From assembly GCA_002269645.1 (NCBI GenBank), contig NIVC01000059.1:1364001-1428000 (forward strand): a DNA stretch of 64,000 bases, read 5' to 3'. Position 1 is the first letter of the stretch; every line of letters starts with the position of its first letter. The translations under genes and the position numbers were made by a program. Shown here piece after piece: positions 55,196 to 64,000 of this stretch. This stretch comes from Macrostomum lignano. Taxonomy: Eukaryota. The notes below the pieces were generated by a model, which was not told the origin of the DNA, searched no databases, and saw only the letters and a list, made by a program, of their open reading frames with translations.

Positions 55196-55303
55196 CAAGA
55201 CCGCATGCAGCTCCCTCGTTCAGCTCCCCTCGTTGAAAAGAACCCACAGTAAATGTTTCAGAGAGTCTTCGTTGTGACTCAAATTTTGAGTTGTTAACTC
55301 AAA

Positions 55304-56590
55304 ATGCATCTAAACGCTGAGCAGCTGCAGTGCCTTGTCACCATCTACATTCTCCTTGTACTGTGCAACAAATTCTCGATGGGGCAGGTAAGCACCGACC
55401 CAGAAGCTGATCTCATCTTTTATCTGAAGAACAACATCACCAAGTACAGCCCGCTATTGCGGCCGCGTCTCAACTCTAACGAGATTCATTACATTAACAT
55501 GGACATTTCCGTGACTCAGCTAGTGTCTGTGGACAGCGCCAAGCAGAGTGTGAAAATTTCTGCACTCACTTTGGCCAGATGGCTTGAGGAGCGACTAGTA
55601 TGGGATCCGGCCAGCTTTGGGAATATTACGACAATCAACTGGAACGCAGATGACATTTGGTTTCCAGTTATCTTGATGTACAACGGCATCGGCGACAACC
55701 AAGTCCTAGCGAAACAGATACCGGTGTATCTGACCTCTTGGACGCCTAACGCAACGTTTGTTACGGCTACGTGGCGCAACGATATTGAATTCTCCTGCCA
55801 ATTCGATATGAGAAAATTTCCGTTGGACCAGCACACCTGTGAGCTGCTGTTCTTTATTAGCGACCAGGGCCACGGCAATAGAATGGTGCAGCCAAAACGA
55901 TTAGTGCCGTCGTTCAACGTGCTCGGCACCTACCAGTCCAACAGCGAATGGATCATGCTGAACGCTAGCACCAGGGCGGAGCCGCAGCTTTTCGAAGTGT
56001 TCGAAGGCAGGCCGCCAGTTCCGTTGCCAACATTTCTTCTTCGATTTGAAATCAAGCGAGTGTCGATTTATTATTTTGTTAATATTATCACGCCGCTATT
56101 GCTGCTGACGCTGCTCCAAGTGCTGGTGTATTTTGTACCAGTGGAGTCCGGCGAGAAGCTGGGATTCGGCATCACAATCATGCTCAGCTACACCGTGTTC
56201 TTGCTGCTTCTAGCCGATATCGTTCCAAAGTCAGAAGATACGCCAGCGATCGCTTCGTTCATCACGGCCGCTATGATAATTTCTACCGTATCCCTGCTGC
56301 TGACTTCCGTGATCATGCGATTCCACTTCGCCCCGGAGGGAGCGCGAATGCCCGCCTGTGTCCGGGCCGTAGCTGTTCGCTTTTTAGGCCGCCTGTTCTG
56401 CGTCAGCGGCGCCTCCGGTCCGCCAGTCGACAGCGTGACTAGCATGCGCCGAAAATCTGACCAAGATAACGATTGCGTCAGATCCGATTGGGTGGTGGCA
56501 GCGCACGCTTTGGAGCGTCTCATGGTGGCCCTCGGGGTGGCTGCCACAGTCGCTATCATCGGGTTCTTCGTCATCAGGCCGTACACTTAA
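55304..56590 (+). CDS. Intronless Cys-loop ligand-gated ion channel subunit (nAChR-like, non-alpha, cation-type M2), 428 aa
   Basis: Signal-peptide-like N-terminus; YSPLLRP; W.EERLVWDP; IWFPVILMYN; Cys-loop CQFDMRKFPLDQHTC; M1 YYFVNIITP; GEKLGFGITIMLSYTVF (M2); M3; M4 ALERLMV. Confidence 0.93.
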   Translation: MHLNAEQLQCLVTIYILLVLCNKFSMGQVSTDPEADLIFYLKNNITKYSPLLRPRLNSNEIHYINMDISVTQLVSVDSAKQSVKISALTLARWLEERLVWDPASFGNITTINWNADDIWFPVILMYNGIGDNQVLAKQIPVYLTSWTPNATFVTATWRNDIEFSCQFDMRKFPLDQHTCELLFFISDQGHGNRMVQPKRLVPSFNVLGTYQSNSEWIMLNASTRAEPQLFEVFEGRPPVPLPTFLLRFEIKRVSIYYFVNIITPLLLLTLLQVLVYFVPVESGEKLGFGITIMLSYTVFLLLLADIVPKSEDTPAIASFITAAMIISTVSLLLTSVIMRFHFAPEGARMPACVRAVAVRFLGRLFCVSGASGPPVDSVTSMRRKSDQDNDCVRSDWVVAAHALERLMVALGVAATVAIIGFFVIRPYT

Positions 56591-57539
56591 GATCGACGGA
56601 AATCGTCAAGTAAAGTCAACCAACTCGTTGAAACTATGAATAATTTCTGCTTCTATTATTTTTCTTTTTATTAAAATCTTTCTCACTATAAAAAACTTAT
56701 ACTGTACTTACCCTAGTTTCTTGAATCACACGGTGATTTAAATATCCCAGCTTCACAAGTTGTTTGCTTTGATTTTGAAAAAAAAACTTTAGGTAAAATT
56801 GAGATCCTTCAATCCCTTTCAAGTTTGAGAATTGAGAACCTGTTCTAAAAATTTCTGGTCGTATATAATTTCTTGTCCAAAGTCTGTCACTGATGAAACT
56901 CCATATCTCAATATACTAAAACTTACTAATATAAATACCTACGCACGTTCCCACGTAAATATATCTGACCCCTAAACCGTCTGTGTATCGAAAGACTTGT
57001 TTAACAGACTACAAAGACTAAATAGATTTATGTTCACTATATAGACTTGCAATTTCTGTCTGAAACCATGCAATCAATCACCCGTTCGACAATTCAAGTT
57101 GTTCAAACTAGAATTTTTTAACATAGGTCCAACAAACTTTCGTCCGCTCCTCTCCATGGTATGATTGAATTTCAAACGAAAGGACTGAAATTGAGAGTAA
57201 AGAAAAGACGAGAGCTAAATCTTGGGAACTCCATACGCTCAGCTGCCAATTACCAAACAAGAGCTAGCTCGTAGATCGACTGCAGTAAGCTAGCAGCAAT
57301 TCTTCACAAGAACGAACAAGAATTTAATCGAGCTGAACACACAATTCCCTAAACGGTAAACACAGCTAGAAAAGGTGGCGTACGGGTTTATAGCAGAATG
57401 TCAAACAATTTTAGGGAAGGAGAGGAAGCGGGATCTTGAAGTATAACATATAGAGACCAAGCATTACCAATATTCTCGACAAGAAAGTTAAACAAGAGAA
57501 TCGAGACTGTCGGAGCCGTCGAGACCTTCGGTATAAGCT

Positions 57540-58841
57540 ATGTCGGCGACCACGACACTTCTTGTTGCTATCTGTCTACTTGGACTCCCAACTGAAGCGC
57601 AACAACCGCCAGACTACGAAGCTGAATTAATCAAATATCTGAGCAACAACATAAGCAATTTTAGTCCGCTACTCAAGCCAATAAAAGATCTGAGAAGACA
57701 AATGAAAATCAGAGTTGGCTGCATGGTTACCGGCCTAGTCTCCGTGGACAGCGCCAGACAAAGTGTAAAGCTGGCGGTTTTCCTACACACGAGCTGGCCA
57801 GAAGAGCGACTTGTCTGGAACGCGTCACAGTTTGGCAACTTGTCTGTGGTGAGCTGGGATGTCAGCCAGACATGGTTTCCCGTGATCATTATTTACAATG
57901 GCATCGGAGACAACCAGTTGCTGCTGCCTCAGATACCAATTTTCTTGAGATCGATGTCTCCAAATCTAACGCTAAGCACAGCGGCTTGGCGCAGAGAACT
58001 GGAATTCACCTGCCAATTCGACATGACCAGGTTCCCGCTAGACAGGCACATCTGCGATGTGGAATTCTTTTTTAGCGATCAGGGTCATAACAATAAGCTA
58101 ATTCGTCTAGTGGACAATAAGCCCGCATTCAATACCCTTGGAATTTACAAGGATAACGGTGAATGGCAAATGATCAACGCTACTTCGCTGGTAGAGTACA
58201 GAAAGTACAATGTTTTCAACTCTATGCCGCCTGTTCAGCTGCCAACCTACATTGTTCGAATTGAAATCCAGCGCGTGTCGGCCTACTACTTCATGAACAT
58301 CATCACGCCACTGCTGCTGCTGACTCTGCTCCAAGTGCTGGTGTACTTTGTGCCTCTGGAGTCCGGTGAGAAGCTGGGATTCGGCGTCACAATCATGCTC
58401 AGCTACACCGTGTTCCTGCTACTACTAGACGACATTGTGCCGAAGTCTCGAGCAACCCCGGCGATCGCTTCGTTCATCACGGCGGCTATGATTGTATCTG
58501 GCGTATCCCTGCTGCTGACCTTAATTATGATGCGATTCCACTTCGCTGCGGGCGGAGCTCGAATGTCAGCCTGTGCTCGGGTCGTGCTCGTTCGCTTTTT
58601 AGGCCGCCTGCTCTGCGTTAGCGCCGCCGGCTCGCGGGTCGGCCAGCAGACTCCAAGCAAGCACTGCAGCGAGGTTAGCATCAGGAAGGCTGACGTTGAT
58701 GAAACCGATGATGCTAGGACTACCGACCAGCAGTCCGAATGGATGGTGGCAGCGCACGCGTTGGAGCGACTCATGGTTGTGCTTGGAGTTGCTGCTACAG
58801 CCGCCATTATTGGAGTCTTCGTTGTGAAACCGTATATTTGA
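57540..58841 (+). CDS. Second intronless Cys-loop LGIC subunit, tandem paralog, 433 aa
   Basis: Cys-loop CQFDMTRFPLDRHIC; GEKLGFGVTIMLSYTVF; same architecture as the upstream copy. Confidence 0.93.
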   Translation: MSATTTLLVAICLLGLPTEAQQPPDYEAELIKYLSNNISNFSPLLKPIKDLRRQMKIRVGCMVTGLVSVDSARQSVKLAVFLHTSWPEERLVWNASQFGNLSVVSWDVSQTWFPVIIIYNGIGDNQLLLPQIPIFLRSMSPNLTLSTAAWRRELEFTCQFDMTRFPLDRHICDVEFFFSDQGHNNKLIRLVDNKPAFNTLGIYKDNGEWQMINATSLVEYRKYNVFNSMPPVQLPTYIVRIEIQRVSAYYFMNIITPLLLLTLLQVLVYFVPLESGEKLGFGVTIMLSYTVFLLLLDDIVPKSRATPAIASFITAAMIVSGVSLLLTLIMMRFHFAAGGARMSACARVVLVRFLGRLLCVSAAGSRVGQQTPSKHCSEVSIRKADVDETDDARTTDQQSEWMVAAHALERLMVVLGVAATAAIIGVFVVKPYI

Positions 58842-59347
58842 CCTGAAAAACACTGGAACGATTTATGATGATTAGTTACCTTAACTACTGAAGGATATAA
58901 TCTCCAGAATTTGTTGGAGAAATTAGTCTAAAATGCACCAGAACATCAAGAGCACATCATTCTCGTTGGGTAACTTTGATTAAATCTCGTAGATAATACA
59001 TGTAGGTATCTCTACTTGTAGCTGGGCCCCCTGGAATCAGTTCTGTCACATTGGGTCTGGTTCAGTCATCAGTAAATGTACTTTTATGCTTCTTACGCGA
59101 AGTTAATAAATTCTGGAACATCATCCTTACTACCATCATTCTCATTACAATTACAAATCAAATAAGTAGCTGTTAAAATATAAAACGATTATTTCTTAGC
59201 AACTAAGCAATAAAAAAGAGGAAAATCTCGCATAAAAAGTGTAAATTCAAATGCTTTTTATTAACGAAAAATAAAAACGCCTTTTTTATATCCATGCAGG
59301 ACGTAGACGGCAAAACAGAAAGTAAGACCGAATATTGATAAACTTTT

Positions 59348-62300
59348 TCAAGCTTTCCGAGGCTCGCTGCCCATCCTGGGAAAAAGCGAACCAAATAAAT
59401 TGGACAATAGCTCGTCGAGTTCAGCGGCGCCTTCAGCCGACGTGCCGTCCAATGGTTTGACAGCATCAGCGATTCGTAACAACGCAGCGTATTGAGCTCG
59501 CGACAGGCGCAAATACTGCAGATTCTGTTGGGCCATGGCCCAATAGTCCGGCAGGAAGGCTGGCAGCTTGTGCAACTCGCCGGGTTGTTCAGCCAGTGCC
59601 GACGGGCGATGATGATGAAGGTCGCGGACGGCTGCAGGACGGACGGATAGAGTGGTGTTTGCAGCTATAGTCTCAGTTTGGGAGCAATTGAGCACAGCTA
59701 GTGGCACAGCTAGTGAGATTAAATCATTGGTCAGTGGTCGCTAGTCTTTCTAGCTAGCTACCAACTTTCGCTAGCTCAAAACCGAACCACTTAAAAAGTT
59801 TATTAAAGCCAGGGGCTGTGTACAACCTGTCGCACTTTAAGAGACACTGTCACATAACCGGCAAGAGGCATTACTGCCCTTTCGGCCGATACGTTCGCAG
59901 TCATACGCATAAACTCACCCAGGAGTGTACAGCGTCGCCCTAACATACTTATCATTAGACATGTACACTTCACTGTGCGTTGGGATTGTAAATAATATCA
60001 GTAAACACAGACTAGACTTTTATTTGGAATTGAACACACAAACCAGACGAGAGGGCGCAGGGCCCAAATTCATATATTTATAAGACATTGGGAGGGGTGG
60101 GGTTGCATTCACGATTAGAGACGGGGTGAATAATTAGAGCACGAGAGCGCGAGGGGGGTAGAAATGATAACGAAAACAAATAAGCGTGCAATGGGGAGTG
60201 GGTACAAGGCGCGACCAGAAGGCAGAGAAGGCAGAGATAGAGATAAGCGCAGAGAGGCAGCCAATCAGAATTAAGACATACGAAATAAGCGGGAAGGTGG
60301 AACAAACGAAGAAAGTCGCTACAGGGATTGACCCGCAAGAGCGTGAATTGCACGAGCAGAGCCAAGCCGAGATTCTTTCAATTTAGCCCGAAATTAGTAT
60401 TGACTGTACTTGGAATCGAGTCCGGGTCGCTGGCATATCAGAGTGTAAGGCATATCATATGGCTCTGGTATTTTTTCTCCTGGCAACCTACTCAAAAACT
60501 TATAGCGGTCAACAGGTGGCAGATCAGCTCAGAGGAAAACGCATCCGACTCTTGCGCTACGACCCCTGCTTCGATTCTGTGCTCGGTCACACATTCATTT
60601 GGGGCTTGAACACGAAATTTTTTCCAAGGGCTGTCTGAATGTCTGAATGAGTATCCTCCAGAATTATTGCCAGGATGCCAAAACCCTGTTGCAATTATTT
60701 TTATTATTATTAATACAGTCACCACCTGCAAAATCGAATCCTTAGACTGCACAGCTCGAGTCAAAACCTCTGACTGCTCATCGCCTTGGATGCTTCCAAT
60801 TCGTTTTTTATTTTCGAAGTCTCATTGACAATTCGTATAGATCATCTACATAAGCTTCGATCATAAAAACACTCACGCAGCAGAGTCTTGGCGCCTAACA
60901 GCGTGAACACGGTGGCCTCGAAATTCAAATCCTCCACTCCGATGCTCAGCCTGATGCGGCCTTCTAGAATGAACACGGCGTAATCGGCGGGCACGCCTCG
61001 ACGATAAATTGTATTGCGATCGTCGTCTCCGTGACTGTTGGGTATAGAGACACGTTAACGGCATTCATTGTTTACGAGCTAGGCTGGTTTAACTACTAAC
61101 AGTAGAAAAAAGGAATATAAATATGAACAAACTGTAATATTGCAGTTTGACTTCCAAAAGTGTAACTATTCACTCACATAAACATATGCTTGATGAGAAC
61201 TTTTTCCTGGAACATTCGTTCCAGCACAATTTCAGGAATAACTCGCTTGCCAAAAAGGTCGCTGTGTTCTGCGAGGAGAAAATATTGGTGAGTTATTATT
61301 ATTTATTAACTATTACACAGACAATTGGCAATGAAATAACTTCATTAGATAAGTAGGAAAGATCTGTTCTGGGAGGCTGGCACAGCAACTGAGAATCTGG
61401 GAGGCTGGCCCAGCAACTGGCACTCTGGGAGGCTGGCCCAGCAACTGAGGATCTGGGAGGCTGGCCCAGCAACAGAGGATCTGGGAGGCTGGCCCAGCAA
61501 CAGAGGATCTGGGAGGCTGGTGGCCCAGCAACTGAGGATCTGGGAGGCTGGTGGCCCAGCAACAGAGGATCTGGGAGGCTGGTGGCCCAGCAACTGAGGA
61601 TCTGGGAGGCTGGTGGCCCAGCAACTGAGGATCTGGGAGGCTGGTGGCCCAGCAACTGAGGATCTGGGAGGCTGGTGGCCCAGCAACTGAGGATCTGGGA
61701 GGCTGGTGGCCCAGCAACTGAGGATCTGGGAGGCTGGCCCAGCAACTGAGGATCTGGGAGGCTGGTGGCCCAGCAACAGAGGATCTGGGAGGCTAGTGGC
61801 CCAGCAACAGAGGATCTGGGAGGCTGGTGGCCCAGCAACAGAGGATCTGGGAGGCTGGTGGCCCAGCAACTGAAGATCTGGGAGGCTGGTGGCCCAGCAA
61901 CTGAGAATCTGGGAGGCTGGCCCAGCAACTGGGGATCTGGGAGGCTGGCCCAGCAACTGAGGATCTGGGAGGCTGGTGGCCCAGCAACTGAGGATCTGGG
62001 AGGCTGGTGGCCCAGCAACTGATGATCTGGGAGGCTGGTGGCCCAGCAACTGAAGATCTGGGAGGCTGGTGGCCCAGCAACTGAGAATCTGGGAGGCTGG
62101 CCCAGCAACTGGGGATCTGGGAGGCTGGCCCAGCAACTGAGGATCTGGGAGGCTGGTGGCCCAGCAACTGAGGATCTGGGAGGCTGGTGGCCCAGCAACT
62201 GATGATCTGGGAGGCTGGTGGCCCAGCAACAGAGGATCTGGGAGGCTGGCCCAGCAAATGAGGATCTGGGAGGCTGGCCCAGCAAATGAGGATCTGGGAG

Positions 62301-63889
62301 GCTGGTGGCCCAGCAACTGAGAATCTGGAAGACTGGCCCAGCAAATGAGAATCTGGGAGGCTGGCCCAGCAACTGGGGATCTGGGAGGCTGGCCCAGCAA
62401 CTGAGGATCTGGGAGGCTGGCCCAGCAACTGGGGATCTGGGAGGCTGGTGGCCCAGCAACAGAGGATCTGGGAGGCTGGCCCAGCAAATGAGGATCTGGG
62501 AGGCTGGCCCAGCAACTGATGATCTGGGAGGCTGGTGGCCCAGCTTACGGATCGCCAGGCAGTGCACGGCGGCCATCCGGAGCTGAGCTGGAACCTGCAT
62601 GCCGGTGCTGCCAGCCAGAGCCAGTTCGCGCCAGGACACTCGAGGTGCGCGTGGCGGCGGACGGTGCGACGGTTGGGCTGCAAAATTCGATTTATTAATA
62701 AAGCATCTCATCATTATGCAGCCAACTGTCAGAGAGGGGCTTCTTGGGCATTGCCAATTCATGTTAATTCTGCTGACCCCTGATTACAAAACCGTACACA
62801 GATGAGTACGAAGGCATGCTTGTACAGCGGTCCTGACTTTTAACCGTCGGGCGTGAACAGTCACTATGCCTTGAAGGGTTGCCCCTCATGGCTATGAATC
62901 GCACGACAATCGATTAGCCAATTTTTGTGCACACACAAGCCCCGAAGGAATTTGGCTTTGCCCCTGTCTCTTAGGTGGGCGTCCCTGTCTCTTAGGTGGG
63001 CGTCCCTGTCTCTTAGGTGGGCGTCCCTGTCTCTTAGGTGGGCGTCCCTGTCTCTTAGGTGGGCGCCCCTGTCTCTTAGGTGGGCGTCCTGTCTCTTAGG
63101 TGAGCGCCCCTGTCTCTTAGGTGGGCGCCCCTGTCTCTTAGGTGGGCGTCCTGTCTCTTAGGTGAGCGCCCCTGTCTCTTAGGTGGGCGCCCCTGTCTCT
63201 TAGGTGGGCGCCCCTGTCTCTTAGGTGGGCGCCCCTGTCTCTTAGGTGGGCGCCCCTGTCTCTTAGGTGGGCGCCCCTGTCTCTTAGGTGGGCGCCCCTG
63301 TCTCTTAGGTGGGCGCCCCTGTCTGGGTGACAGGTCACAGAAAACTCTCACAAGAAACGTCAGTCTCGTCCTCAATCTCTTCTTGAATAATCTCTTCCAA
63401 GATGTCCTCAAGCGTTACCATGCCAACCGTGGACTCTTCGTTCACTTCGACTCCAATTGCATCCGTTTCTCTATGCCTAACAATTGCCATATGCACTCGG
63501 TTGCTCAAGAAGAGTTTCAGCGCGCTATCCAGAGTATCCGTGTCCATAACTGAGTGTACTTTTCTGTTGAAATATTCGCAGACTAAATCCACTCGCATTG
63601 GCGCGTCGCGACTAACTATAGTTAGATCTTTGAAATTGAGCACGCTAATAATGTTGCTCCGTTCGCGATCATAAATTGGTATCCTGGTGAAACCGGTCTC
63701 CCGGATCTGCTCAACTGTGAACGAGTCAATCAGGGTCTCAGCCGGTAGCATATAAACTTCGCTTAGTCCGCGCATTACCTGACCAATCGTTTTATTCTGA
63801 AGCGATAGCGCGCCCAAAATTATGTTAGCCTCTGTCCGCTCCAGATTCTGGTTAGCTATGAACTCCTTGAGCTTGTTGCGGTCGTACAC
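59348..63889 (-). CDS. CNNM: CNNM/ACDP metal (Mg2+) transporter, 3' part; exons 63889-63352, 62677-62549, 61268-61178, 61034-60877, 59631-59348; 5' exons lie beyond the window
   Basis: CBS pair (GFTRIPIY, VHMAIV, GMVTLEDILEEIIQEEIEDETD); QVPAQLRMAAVHCLA; VIPEIVLERM; CNBH domain IYRRGVPADYAVFILEGRI..IGVEDLNFEATVFTLLG and FLPDYWAMAQQNLQYLRLSRAQY. GT-AG sites with phases 1,1,2,1 are all consistent. Terminal exon boundary less certain. Confidence 0.88.
61365..62543. repeat. 28/31-bp minisatellite (GAGGATCTGGGAGGCTGG[TGG]CCCAGCAACT) in a CNNM intron
   Basis: Direct reading. Confidence 0.95.
62960..63325. repeat. 21-bp minisatellite (GTGGGCGCCCCTGTCTCTTAG), sister family of the PP1-intron array
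   Basis: Direct reading. Confidence 0.95.
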
Positions 63890-63917
63890 CTGGTATAGAG
63901 TGCGTAGGATCCATTAG

Positions 63918-64000
63918 ATCAATCAGTGACTTTCCATCAGATTAATCAGTGACTTTCCATCAGATCGATCAGTGACTTTCCATCAGATCAATCAGTGACT
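63918..64000. repeat. 23-bp repeat (ATCAATCAGTGACTTTCCATCAG), runs off the window edge
   Basis: AATCAGTGAC at 63921 and 63944. Confidence 0.85.

Noticed and set aside
59805-59945. Possible MITE with GGGGCTGTGTACA / TGTACAGCGTCGCCC ends
   Set aside because: The inverted match is short and imperfect, with no TSD or second copy in the window.
61299-62762. 487-aa repetitive ORF
   Set aside because: Only 62677-62549 is a CNNM exon; the remainder is read-through into the intronic 28/31-bp array.

Overview
Eukaryotic (animal) genomic DNA: GC-rich exons sit in introns and intergenic DNA packed with micro- and minisatellites. The style suggests an invertebrate, possibly a free-living flatworm (inference only). 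Seven host genes can be reconstructed by hand with GT-AG splice sites and consistent phases: an SLC16/MCT transporter (-, runs off the left edge), a complete 6-exon GRK2/beta-ARK (-, 734 aa), a 3-exon RNF144-type RBR E3 ligase (+), a PP1 catalytic subunit (+, first exon not found), two intronless tandem Cys-loop cation-channel genes lacking the acetylcholine aromatic box (+), and a CNNM Mg2+ transporter (-, runs off the right edge). Mobile DNA comprises two decayed Penelope-like retroelements, a young 5'-truncated RTE LINE with a perfect 10-bp TSD, two long-TIR IS630/Tc1-like elements, a Crypton-like tyrosine-recombinase remnant nested in one of their TIRs, and MITEs. One Penelope-like element has a minimal hammerhead ribozyme and an unusually placed GIY-YIG domain; the other carries an ALKBH2/3-like dioxygenase fragment. 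Most long ORFs in the track are artefacts of tandem repeats. Best leads: the AlkB-bearing Penelope element next to a CpG-decayed domain, and the intronless divergent Cys-loop receptor pair. No CRISPR, rRNA or tRNA was seen. All coordinates were read by eye and may be off by a few bases.
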